Assembly: GCA_013239625.1 (NCBI GenBank)
Contig: MU053369.1
Coordinates: 97,479-161,478, forward strand
DNA: 64,000 nucleotides
From: Lama guanicoe
Lineage: Eukaryota
Reading direction: 5' to 3'
In this document: positions 27,539 through 39,551 of the stretch, in pieces
Numbering within the stretch: the first letter of the stretch is position 1
How the letters are laid out: the number at the start of each line of letters is the position of its first letter
Program-made: the position numbers and the translations under genes
Notes under the pieces: model-generated
The model's input: only the letters and a program-made list of their open reading frames with translations
What the model was told of the DNA's origin: nothing
The model's database searches: none

Positions 27539-30500
27539 AGCCAAGGCAGCCTTCCCAAATCACAAATTTGATTACATCACCCCCACTTCAAACACTTCAG
27601 AGGCTCCCGGGTAGAGTTCTAGCCCCACCCCCGATCCTGCTCAGCCAGACCCACCACATTACCCAGGTCCACAGTGACCTCAGGGGCCCCGTGACCTGCT
27701 GGTACTTCCCACTAGCCTCCAGGCTCATTTTGACTGTTTGTCAAGGAAGCCTTCCTTCCCTCCAACCTCCGCACTTTGGATTAGGTGCCCTGCTGTGTTA
27801 ATAGAACATTTTAATCTAAGTCAACTTCTGACACTGCTAAGCTCTCAAGAAGCAAGTACATTTTGCTTACTACTGTGGGTCCACCCCCTCTCCCCTAGGC
27901 ACTCAGAATTGCGTGTGTTATGAATAAAAGAATGAAGGGGTGGGACTCAAAAGGACAGGCAGAGCTGCTCTCCTAAGGGTCACTTCCTGCTGACACCATT
28001 CACTGCCTCCTCTGTGTCAGTTCTAGTAAAAACCAAGCTCCTCCAAAGCCCTCCACCCCTAGGCCCTCTCCAGTGTCCTTCAAAGCAGGGTCACCCACCA
28101 CCCTGGACCACACAGGGCAGTCTCCCCGAGTCCCCACCCCACAAGCCTCCAGGCCTCTACCCGGGCTGCTCCTGCCACCTGAGTCACCCTCTTGATTCCT
28201 TCCCCTGGCTGACTCTTACTCTGTCCCCAGAACTGAATGTAGAGCCAATTTCTTCCAGGAAGTCCTCCCTGATGATGTCCTTTAGCTCTTGGCTGGGCTC
28301 CATCTACAGCAGCACTGCTTGGCGACCAACTGGTATTTGTCCACCTGCTCCTTTGAGACCATGACCTCTTGGAGGCCACGTGGGAAAAAGGAGTGAGGTG
28401 ACAAGAGGGGTGGGAAGAGCAAACAGCAAAATCACAGCTCAAGTCCCAAATTCAAGGATTCTGTCTCAGATAAAAAGAATAAAATGTTTCATAGGTGTGT
28501 CATTTGGCTATGATTTTTGTGGCTCATGGAAAACAAGAGCTTGGTGTTCAAGTCTAAAATCCAAGTTACATGCAAAGAAATGTATATATTCATATCCAAA
28601 GGAAACCAGAGCTGCTCAACAACACTTTGCAGTTAAAATCCAAAGGAACTTTGATGAAGGCAATCTCCATCTTTTTATTTTTATTTATTTTTTTTGGTAT
28701 CATATAGTTTTAGGAGTATTTGTATAACTAAGTGATGGCTACAGCTTATGATTCTGCACTGGAGTGTTTGGGGCTAAGGAATCCCAGATTACATGTACTG
28801 TGTAAATGCAACCACACCAACACAATGACAGGCGCCGTAGTGGCTGAGCTGAAGTTACAAAGCAGAGAATCTTACGTAGGAAGACAGCTCTCAGTAGAAA
28901 GTAAGAAATGCAATGTTCTGTACTCAATTTCATTAGCTTTATGAGCCATTAACAGATAGTATGTCTTGTCTAATGAAACCCCAAAATATATTGTCATCTT
29001 CGATTTTCTCCATCTGACTGTTTTATGCTAAATTTGGATATCAAACCCTCACTCCATACGGAAAGCTTAGGCCTACACTGCAGCACAGTTACATCCCGCG
29101 GAAGAAAGCCGATCAAGGGAGAACTGGAGAATTTCCCTTCAGAAGCTGCTAAGTGTGGTTTTCCACCTGTACGACATTTGCAACCACACCATCATCAAAG
29201 GAGAAAGACCTTACATCTGTGAAGCGAAAAGCACTGCGGTGCTTCCGAACCATCAAAGAACACTTAGCGTTGTGCAACAGTCCTGAGGCACTTAAAGTGT
29301 ACTTTCTCTGAAAGGCTCCGAAACTGACTCACTTCACCATTTCAGATACAACGGGGAGGTACCGGAATTAGAAGAGAGAACATGCCCTTGAAGTCTGAAA
29401 AGGCCCTGCTTGAATCCTGCTACAGCATTTACTAGCCGTTAAACGGACCAATTCCTTAACCCCTCTGAGAAGGCTTCCCAATCTGCAAAATGGGGCTGCC
29501 ACCGCCCACCTGGGAGGCATGGATGTGAATGCAACACGCAAGAAGGGCGGCAGACTGGTACCTGGCACGGCGCCTGGCTAGTTTCCCTCCGCTGCCCTTC
29601 TCCCCTTTTAAACTTGCACTGTTCCCTCTGATAAGGGTGAAGCCCCCGGAACAGACTGCCCAATTCTTCTGTGTATCCCCGGATACATACCTTACCCTTA
29701 GGAGGCCAGAAAAACAACTGCCTCCTCCCCAGTTACTATCAATGTTCTTAAGAGTCTGGGTTTTTTTAACTCTATGTTGCAGGGAGACTATTCCAGAATT
29801 GTTCAACCACCTTTCTCCAGGTTGGCTCCTCTCCCAGCGCCCATCCCTTCTCACCACAAATCTTCTGTCTGATTGCCTTTTGTTCATGGGAAAGAGAGTC
29901 CGCTAGGGTGCGGACTCCCTAGGCCTCCCTCCCTTCCTCACAGGAGAGTGTGACTACCTTCTCCCAACTCCCCACTGTGACTCCAGCTTCTGAGGAGGTT
30001 CCCCTCCTGGACCCTGCAGCCTCTGGATCGTCCCAAGACGTGCACACTTGGCCACAACTCTCCCTTCAGATTTCTTCCTGGGTGACCCTGCCCACCCCCC
30101 AGAACCTTAAGGATAAATGCCATTGCTCTGAAAAACACAAACGCCGCTGACTGACACACCAAAGCTGCATGGTCTGGGCTTTCCTCCAAACCAGGCACAG
30201 CCCTGCCCCCCCTCAGCCACAGTCTGCACCTCTTGAGATGACCTCATCCACTTGCACGGCTCTGAACACCAGCTAAGTATGATGAATCCCAACGTGTATC
30301 TCTAGTCCGGCTCCTTCACCTGAGCCCCAGGCTCATAGACCCGAGTGCCTCTTGGAAGTCCTAACTTGGATGACAAATGGCATCTTAAAAATGCCTTATG
30401 TCAAAAAAAAAAAAAAGCCTTATGTCCACCATTTACTCTAGACTTCGATTCCTGGCAGGTACCTCCCAGGCTCCCCATTTTAGTAACAGCCCCAGCACCC

Positions 30501-30700
30501 ACCTAGGTGTTTGAGGTCACATTCATTTTCCACTGTTCCCTCCAACTGGCCCTGCCCTGGAATCAGTCTTGTCATTTCTGTCGCTAAGCCAGTCTCAAGT
30601 CTGGATCTGCAGGGACCACGGACGGAAACCCACAAGCTCACAGCAAGGTGCACTGAGTCACAGTCCTCCGAAGGGAGCTCCCTGGAGGAGGAGGCATCTC

Positions 30701-31009
30701 CTTCCGCCGGTCACCTCAGAAGGCACTGGATTCTCACAAAGGAGGACCAGGAGAAGGGACTAAAGGATCTCCCATGGTCTGAGCTTTGAAGGGCCCGAGG
30801 TCTGGGGGAGCTCCTAGTTAGCTGACACTCCTGCCAGTGAGCAGATGAGGATGGACTTCCGCCGGTCACCTCAGAAGGCACTGGATTCTCACAAAGGAGG
30901 ACCAGGAGAAGGGACTAAAGGATCTCCCATGGTCTGAGCTTTGAAGGGCCCGAGGTCTGGGGGAGCTCCTAGTTAGCTGACACTCCTGCCAGTGAGCAGA
31001 TGAGGATGG
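30701..31009. repeat. Exact 154-bp tandem duplication
   Basis: 30701-30854 and 30856-31009 (cttccgccggtcacc...gcagatgaggatgg) appear identical, separated by a single A. Confidence 0.95.
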
Positions 31010-34000
31010 GGGATCCCAGGCAAGGCTGCTCTCGCTCCGACCCCTGGTCTCTCGGGAGCCACGGGAAAGGCCTGTTTCCTTGGCACAGCCCGGCCATCAC
31101 AGATCCCAGCCTGCATTTGCCAACTCAGACAGCCTAGACTCCTACTTGCGACTCTTACTTCTGTTCTGTTCGCCCCCCAGAATGTGATGGACTCTTTCAG
31201 AAAGTCTGGCCTGTCTCAAGCGAGACCAAGTCAGTGAAGGATGAAGTGTCCACATTTGGACCAGAGCATGAAAGGAGAAACAAGGCCTCATGGCCAGCAT
31301 GACGGTGGTGGCCAAACCCTTCCCCTGGGTGAGATGAACCAGGGTGGGGGTGAGAATGCAAGGTCCCTTCACGACTGACAGGGGTGTTGTAGACTCACTA
31401 CAGCAAAATAACGACATGGCCGTCAGTGGTGGAATCAGCTGCAACAGACACAGAGTCAGATATTAACTGCCAAAAAGGGGTAAAAGTAAAGGCCGGCGCA
31501 GGGAGGCCTGCACGGCTGCTGAGGCAAACCACAGACCCGGCTCTTAATGCCCACTGGCTGAAGCAGAGTGGAAGCTATGGTCCCCTTTAGCGGTCCCTGT
31601 GTCCACCAGATCCAAGTGAACCAGCTACTTAGGAGAAGGCCATGTTGTCCTGATACTTAGAAAAACCAGCCTCATAAAGGGAACAAAAGAGTGGCATGTA
31701 TTTTAGACCCGCTCCTGCCCCTCTATGAATGCAAAGTAAAGTAAGTGGCACTGGGAAAGTGAATGCAAAAATAAAAACAAAAAACAAAAAACCGGTGACT
31801 GCTTCCTCCAACAGCGTCACCTGCAGCTGCTCACCCCCGAGCCGGCCACTTCCTCACCAGTGACCGCCGGCCAGGAAGCGCCGTCACGCACGTCACACAG
31901 CGACAGCCAGGAACCGTGTGCCGAGCACGTTTGTGTAAAAGCCAGAATCAAGCAAGGTGCTGCAGATTTTGACTTTCCAACTTTAAATAATCCATGAAAA
32001 AAATCCCTAAGTCACCGCCTAAATCAATTCGCATCTCACTTCTTCAAAACAAATAAACAAAATTAGTAAGAGCGCATTTGTCACCAAATATAAGGAGGAA
32101 CAAACAGGTTCCTCAAAGCAAGGACTTTAACAGGTATCAAACTCCAGTGGATGATGCACTAACAGAGCAAAAATTCCAAAAAACTAGAAAATAAGAAGAT
32201 GACTAGGATAATATATGGATCAAGGCAACTGTTAAGTTTTTACTTTTTAAAGCGATGGAGACAGCACAGAGGGCGATCTGGCTATTTCCAATGCAGGGTG
32301 TGCACAGCCCACATTTTCAGACCCAACAACATGCTCACAGGGTGGTATAAGAGAAAAAGGAAAAGAGGAACAGCGAAAATTAGAAACACACGAGAACAGA
32401 AATAACTGAGAGCATTTACAAGAATTTACGAGAGTGTGATGAGGACAGGGACGTGGGGACGGTGAGACCCACCCTCACCTCCTGATCCAGGGAAGGCAGG
32501 GGCCTGAGGGGAGCGGCGCTAACGGGGGACCCAACGTGGTCAGCGCCCCAAACCAAAACTTCACCTAGATGCGTGTAGACAACTTTTGAGCTACAAAATG
32601 TGGTCGCATTACAAGCTGGACAATTTTACTCACTCCCACCAAGAGAAACAGGGGAGAATTAGGCTCTGCTCCTGCACCAAAGCATTGTTTTAACAATTAA
32701 TGACTGTGGAATAGTAAAAGCAACAATGGAGTAAAAGTGACTGGAAGAGAACGTGCTTGACCCAAGCTCACTGGCCGCGTTAACTCACTGACGTTCAGAT
32801 GCTGGCTAAGCCCTTATGGTACCAAAACAGACAGACCCACAAGGAGGGAGGTTTAATGCGCTGCTGTATTTTGATGCCTGGAGCCATACCTGGTACACGA
32901 GGTTCTGGGTAAACAATGGTGACAGTGTCAACCACTATGGGCTAAGCACACATCCAGCTACTCCGCCAAATCCCAAGGACAGACTTCAAAAGGCAAAAAC
33001 AAGCTGGAATTCCCTGGTGGGTCTGCAGTCTCAGAGCCAAACAGTTGCTGAGCAAAAATGTCACCAGTGTCTCCTATGACAAAAGAGGAGGCACTGGCCT
33101 GGGGGCTGGGGCAGGAATCCGGGCTTCCACTGCTCACTCACCAGTCTGTCCAGGGGGAGAAGGTGGTCCCTGCTTACGTTGCACCGATGCACCTACATTG
33201 ACTAACGCCTGGGGGCTCAGCAGGAGGTGACAGGTGAGGTGAACGGAGCCAGCCTGCCAGTGGCCGGAGCTGGCAGCTGTGCCCTCAGCTTTGCCCAGGC
33301 CACTAAACCTGCCAGCTCATCTACAAGGAGCAGAAGGGGAGTGCGGGCGCATAGATCACAGGGCCCTGCGAGGACAAGTACAGATCATGGCCACGACATG
33401 CCTCTCCCCTTCCTGAAGCCGCAGTGGCATGTCCGGGGAGGAAGTGAAAATTAATCCAGAGCCCGCCAGGCACCACATGCAGGTGGGACACAGTTCCCCT
33501 GTGCCTGTCATTCACAGGACTGGTGTGGACTTTCTTTTTATCAATTCTCTGGCATCTTCTCCTCCAACTTACCAACAACCAGAAAGTAAAATCTGACGTT
33601 AGAATCACAGAGCACCCCCTCCACAGCGGGCCCGGCAGCACGTGCCATGTCCTCCAACCATCACCTGTGGTACCGCCATGAGCGCTCTCCAGACTCAAGG
33701 CCTGAGGCCGTAGGCTGGGGGGACACAGCTCCCCTCAATCTCCCGAGTAAAGGGGGACCACTCATCGGCAAAGACATCTCACCCTCTTCTGCCCGAGGGA
33801 CAACTTGAAAGATACACAGGGAAACATAGTAGAGGGTGAGGAGGTAGGCAGCCCAGAAGAGCTCATCTGCACTTCCAAGGCAGAGTGGGGCCTTTGACCT
33901 AATCACAGGGACAAAGTGAGGATGAATTTTTCCCTGCTCTGTCCCATTCTCCGTGACACGCATTTCCCTTTGTAAGGAGCTATTTTGGAAGCACCTGTCA

Positions 34001-34181
34001 GTGTTTCTGATGTCCTAACTTGGCATGGCGGCTTTCAGGCAGGGTAGAGGGCCTGAGCCTTGCTGGTGCTGGGCCTGGGAGGCAGGAGACACCGGCTCCA
34101 CCCCCAGCTCAACCAACTCCTCATTCTGCATCTCAGGATTCAGAGTCTCATTTATAAGCAAAGGGATGAAACTGTCCAAGG

Positions 34182-34494
34182 ACAGGCTGTCCAACAGGAA
34201 TGAAATGAGAGTCATGTAAATAACATTTCCCAGTTGCCACGTTTAAAAAGTAAAAAAAAAAGAAAAAAATACTAGAAACTGATTTTAAGAACAGATCTTA
34301 CTTATTCTACTGTATGTAAAACACTATCATTTTGACATGTAATCAATATAGAAAGTAACAAGATAGTTTAAATTCTTTTTACTAGACAAGTTTCAGCGTC
34401 TGATGTGCATTTGACCTACAGCACATCTCAGCTCAGACCAGCCTCCTCCCCTGCGCTTCTAGCATCAGTGGCTGTGGCTACTCTATTGGACAGC
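34182..34494. mobile_element. MER33/MER3-like hAT-Charlie non-autonomous DNA transposon
   Basis: Terminal inverted repeats gctgtccaacag ... ctattggacagc around an AT-rich core containing tttgacatgtaatcaatat. Confidence 0.75.
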
Positions 34495-34732
34495 AACTCC
34501 AGGGGTCCCACCAAGTGTTCTGGCTGAAAAGGGGGAGTAAGTGTCCACACTAACCCTAAAAGGATCTCTCTGAAACAAAGGCGGATTCACTTTTAAACGT
34601 CTGAAAACCGGCGGGCTGCACCTCTTTCCCGCCTTGGCTACAAGACAGCCCTCCTCCATGCTGATCCCATTCAGGACATAGGGAAGCAACCTTTCACACA
34701 GCCAGGGTGGCCCGGCCTCCAGGTTGACTTGC

Positions 34733-35305
34733 CTGCTGTCTGTGTCCAGTCCCACGAAGTCCTCCTTCTCAAACAGGATGTAGAGGAAGGGAGTCTTCTC
34801 CTGAGAATTTTGGGGGTCCCCATCCAGGCACTTGGACTTGGGCAAGATGAAGAGTGACTCAGTGAAGTCCTCGATCCTCTTCTCCACCACCCTGCAGTCC
34901 TTGTAGATTGAAGGCCACGTCAGCGCGCGGCTGCTCGGCCACCTCCCCATACAGCACAGAGACAAAGAGCTGAGAGTCGTAGAGCGTGGTGCCATACAGC
35001 TCCTCTGGGCGTGGAGCTTCTAGAAGGTCTTGGCCAAGAGGCAGTCGGTAATGATGACAAGGCCCACGACATTGCGGTGGGTCTGGAAGTCACTCCATCC
35101 ATTCTCGGGTGCATAGTGATACCTATAGTAGATACAGGGTGCCCACTGGGAGCCGCACGGGCTGATCTGGCTCACCAAGGAGATTCCATTATAGATGCAA
35201 AAGAAATTCTCCTCTAAGATGATCCCCACGGGTTGGACCACAACGGGAAGAGTCTGGTGGTCCTCAGCACACTGCACGTAGTCAGGGGCGCTCATGTTGC
35301 AGGCC
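34733..35305 (-). pseudogene. TRAPPC9: Unprocessed pseudogenic copy of the first coding exon of TRAPPC9 (NIBP, TRAPPII subunit)
   Basis: ATG at 35295 opens [32 protein letters not shown]...[19 protein letters not shown], and the exon ends [14 protein letters not shown]...[14 protein letters not shown]. This matches the TRAPPC9 N-terminus as I recall it ([24 protein letters not shown]...[12 protein letters not shown]). Acceptor tctcccctctcggcag| lies 10 nt before the ATG; donor-like CAG|gcaagt at 34732. Lesions: TAG at 35020-35022, a 1-bp and a ~5-bp deletion (frameshift then restoration), and in-frame losses of ~3 and ~12 nt. Confidence 0.95.
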
Positions 35306-35732
35306 CTGCCGAGAGGGGAGAGTGAACCGATGTACATACTGTGCTGTGGGCTTCGGGCCTCACTGGGTTGCAGCAACCTGGTGTGTACCAGACAGAAGGC
35401 AAGGGAAGCCCAAGAAAATCGGAGGTAAGTTTGTTCTCAGCGTCTGCACATGGATACTGTAGTTCAGATCACATTACCCAGCTTTTGGTCTAGGCTTCCA
35501 TCCCCTGCTGAAAAGGGTCATTTCTTGTTTTCTGATTCCAAGCACCTAGGCAGGCCCTGATGCAAAGTCAGTGCTCAAAACTGCTGAATAAAGGAATGAA
35601 TAAAGGAACTGCTTCCCCACCTCTCAGCAGAGCAGGATATAAAGAACCATAGTGGGATCAAAAGATCTGGATTTCAACTCAAATTTATTTGAACTCCTAA
35701 GGTGCAGAATAATGGGTAAGAAAACTTGCTTT

Positions 35733-35947
35733 GGGGAGGAGGGTACAGTTCAGTGGTAGAGCACGTGCTTAGCATGTATGAGGACCTTGGCTCAATCCTC
35801 AGTACCTCATTTTAAAAAATGAAACAAATAAGTAAACCTAATTACCCCCCTCAAAAAATATTTTTTCAATTCAAAATTTTAAAAAAAAAAACACCCTGCA
35901 ATTGACACAACATTGTAAACTTGACTATACAAAAATTTAAAAAAAAA
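35733..35947 (+). mobile_element. tRNA-Ala-derived camelid-type SINE followed by a short L1 3' terminus
   Basis: ggggaggagggtacagttcagtggtagagcacgtgcttagcatg...taagtaaacctaattacccc, A-tail, then aattgacacaacattgtaaacttgactatac and a second A-tail. Confidence 0.8.
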
Positions 35948-38082
35948 TCCTTGCCTTACAAGACTATATCTGGATTATGGAAGTTTGCAAATGTAAAATG
36001 CCTAGGGTACCACCTGCATAAGAAGAAGGAACTGTACAAATGTACTATCCCTCATTTATGAGCTATTTTTCCTTTGGGGAGATTATAAGTTCTCAGAGAT
36101 ATTTTTCTCATATTAAAAAAAAAAAAGAAAGCATTACCTGATTCTCCATACTGCTGAAGAATCAGATAACCCTACGAAAGCATCTGACCCACAGAGTTTA
36201 TTCAATAAATGTTTGTTGAATGAATGAATAAACAAGCAAAGTGAATGCTGCTCCCTGCCACAGACCATCATAATGGTACTGCTTGGAAATGCCAAGCCCA
36301 CGTTCCACCCGACTCTACACTAACCACGTGGGTGACCTGGGCAGGCCTGTGTGCTTCTCTAAACACCAGTTTATTCATAAATAGAAATGAGGGCAATAAC
36401 ACAAACATAAAAGGGTTAGTGTGTCACGAATTAATAGTACCCCAACTTTGGAAGATGGAACTATTAAAGAAAATTGGGCAAAGAGCCCATAGGCCCTCTC
36501 CGTATTATCTCTTACAACTACATGGGAATCTACATTACATCTAAAAATAAAAAGTCTAATTTTTTAAAGAGGCTATTGAGGTTAAATGAGCTCACTGTCT
36601 CAAATAAGGAACACACAGTACAAATAAGCAATGTGCAGCCCATGAAATACACTCAGTATATATTCCCACTGAACCCACTGGTCCCTCCAACTTCAGAGCA
36701 CGAGGAAGTGTCCTCGTGGTCAGAGGCCACTGCACCTGAAGCTAACAAAGCTAATGGTCCCCACTTTCAATAGCCCATGCAATCACACTAGGTCTAACTT
36801 TGTATTTGTAATTTTTTTCTTTTTATTAAATAGAAATCCCCAATTGCATAGCCTTCAGGTCACCAAAATCTGACCACAGAGATCATGATGGCAACCCTCC
36901 TTGGTGAAACAATAAAATGAAAAGCCATTTCCACAAGACCTGTGTGTAAATCTACTAGGGAACTTCATCCTGGACTGAGAGGAAGAGGACTGGGGAGGAG
37001 GGGGCAATCTGAGGCACACAGACCCATGGGCCACCTGTCCCACGATGGACATTACACTCAACCCTCACCCTCCAGGAACTTCAAAATACACACGACATAG
37101 TGTACAATATATATATATATATTTTTTAAAGAAATCCCTGACTCTCTAGCAGGTCTTTTATCTACCGAGACACAAATGGCTTATGTATATAATGTTTCAC
37201 AAAAGCCTTAAAATATTATCACGCCAATTTGACACATTAGGAAACTAGGGAGAGAGGTTTATCACATTGTGCAAGATTAGAGAGAGGTCACCTCAGACAC
37301 CGTATTTAAACCCAAGCCTTTGCTCCAGTGCTCACACTAGAAAGTGTGACATACTGCCCCCTTCCTGCCCACTCCCTGCAATAAATCTCTGAAGAGTCTT
37401 TTCTGTGCCACGTGGAATCACAATCACGTCAATTTACCACAAAGAGCTATGTGACTCCTTGGAGGACGTGTCAAAATCTAAAGGGTTGGGATGGGAGGAG
37501 AGATTTGCATTTTCTGTTTCTCAAAGGAAACATGGCTTTAAAAGAAACTGAAAAGCACTTATCTAGTCTAAGCCCTCATTGTGCAGAGAAGGAAACAGAG
37601 TCTCTGAAGAGATGAGGAAAGGGACTTATTAACAAATATCGCCTCAGGGCAGCACCAAGCCAGCCCTGGGCCCTTCTGGGGGCGGATCTGGGAGGCCCAG
37701 GAGAATGAGTGTTAGAGAAAGAAAGAGAAGAAGCATAAAAGGCCTGTCTCTACACCACCATACCATGAAATTCCACCAAATTATCCAGTATGGGTGCAGC
37801 CAATATTAAGGTGGGCTAAACAGGTTATAGAAACCTGGAATTCTCAACCATAGTGGAAATTCCAACATTTACTGTGCTTGTTTCCCAGTTCAAACATCAA
37901 CTCAGTGGGCACTCTGTACCAGGGACTACACGAGGCCTGGAGTTCTCCCAAATACAGATCTCTATTATCACGTGTGCAAACCACACACAGGCCCACCAGA
38001 AGAAAAACGCCCACACATAAGATGGAACTACTGAAACAGAAAAGAGCCAACCAGCATATATTGCTAGCAAAAACGGTGCTGC

Positions 38083-38345
38083 TAGAAATAGACTCATGGA
38101 CATAGAAAGCAAACTGTGGTTAGCAGGCAGGAAAGGGAGGATTAACAGATACACATTAATAAATATAAAATAAATGACAAGGACCTACTATATAGCACAG
38201 GGTACTATATTCAATTTCTTGTAATGAGTTGTACTAAAAACATTCTGAAAGACATGTATATACATATGCATATGCTTATAACTGAATCTCTGCTGTACAT
38301 CTGAAGCTAACATGGTAAATTGACTACACTTCAATAAAAAATAAT
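38083..38345 (+). mobile_element. 5'-truncated L1 3' end
   Basis: agaaatagactcatggacatagaaagcaaact...aaggacctactatatagcacaggg...ttgactacacttcaataaaaa. Confidence 0.85.
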
Positions 38346-39139
38346 TTTATATAATAAGTAAAAATAAAAGCAACGCCATAAAAAAAAGTAAAAGTACACG
38401 GTAATCCCCTTAGCTGTAGGTGGTGGAGAACTCTGCAAGCACCAAGTCCACTCGAACACTCCAGCACTGGCTGTCACTCATTCTAACCATCAGAGAATCA
38501 CTTGGCTTCTAGGAGGTTACTTAATTGCCATCCTCCCCAGATCTATGTAAAGGTTACTTCCACCCAGGCAGTGACTCCTGAAGGACAAGAATCATGTATG
38601 AACACAGTCTCAAATTCAGAACAGAACCTGACAACAATTAGGCTCTGGAGTCTGTGTTTAGCGAGTGTGGAATCTCAGTGATTCCAGCTCTTACACCTTG
38701 CCTTCCCATCCCACCCTTCACGATATGGCCCTTATGACCAGTTCTCCTGGGACTGGGGCCACGGAACCCATTTACAGGACTGGAAGAATCTCATCATGTA
38801 AACCATCCCCCAGATTATCATCAAGGGTCACCTGCATTTCAGGGATCAGTAATCCCAGAAGCTTTGCAGTTCAGGCAGCTGAGGGATTTTTATATCAGCT
38901 CTGTCTTCTACTGTGACTGCCTGGGTGACATCAGACAAGGAATTCTCAAAAGCCTGAGCTTTTCCTTTCAGGAATAATCTAATTAACAAATCTCATTGAC
39001 CATTTAACAAATGTGATGTGAGGATCAATGATTTACAAAGGAGTACAACATTCACTAGGTTGTGGATTTAGAATCAGAGAAAAATCATTTGAGAAAGATT
39101 GACAGAATGCAGCTTTAATGCAAATTTAAGTATTCTTAC

Positions 39140-39249
39140 CTTTCAGTAAATCATCTTCTCCTACTTATCACTTCACCCAAGTTTAAAAGATGTTTGAGAA
39201 TAGGGATGAGTGTGCCAGCAATCTGTGACCCAATAACCTAAAATGTCAC
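39140..39249 (-). other. Candidate exon (110 nt), probably non-coding or decayed
   Basis: Acceptor cccctgtttttcctag|G, strong donor AAG|gtaaga. Confidence 0.45.
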
Positions 39250-39400
39250 CTAGGAAAAACAGGGGAGTAACACATTTTTAAAAAGCATAGTGAGGATGGC
39301 GGGGGAACATCCCCCAACTCCAGACTAAGAAGCTCTGAGTAATAGCTTTCCTGCCTGCCTGGGGCATCAGCTGATGTGAAAATCCACCCAGAAAACTCAC

Positions 39401-39471
39401 TGTCCAGCAGCTCTTCCGTGACACAGCCTACACTTTCTCAGGATTAAGAATTGCGTCCAGTAACCACTTGG
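39401..39471 (-). other. Candidate exon (71 nt) just downstream of the GC-rich array
   Basis: Long polypyrimidine acceptor ctctcttgttctcctttgtctttattattcag|, donor ACA|gtgagt. Confidence 0.45.
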
Positions 39472-39551
39472 CTGAATAATAAAGACAAAGGAGAACAAGA
39501 GAGTTCTGCCCCTCCCCAGGGGTGAGCCCAGACCTTGGGCTGCATGCACTG

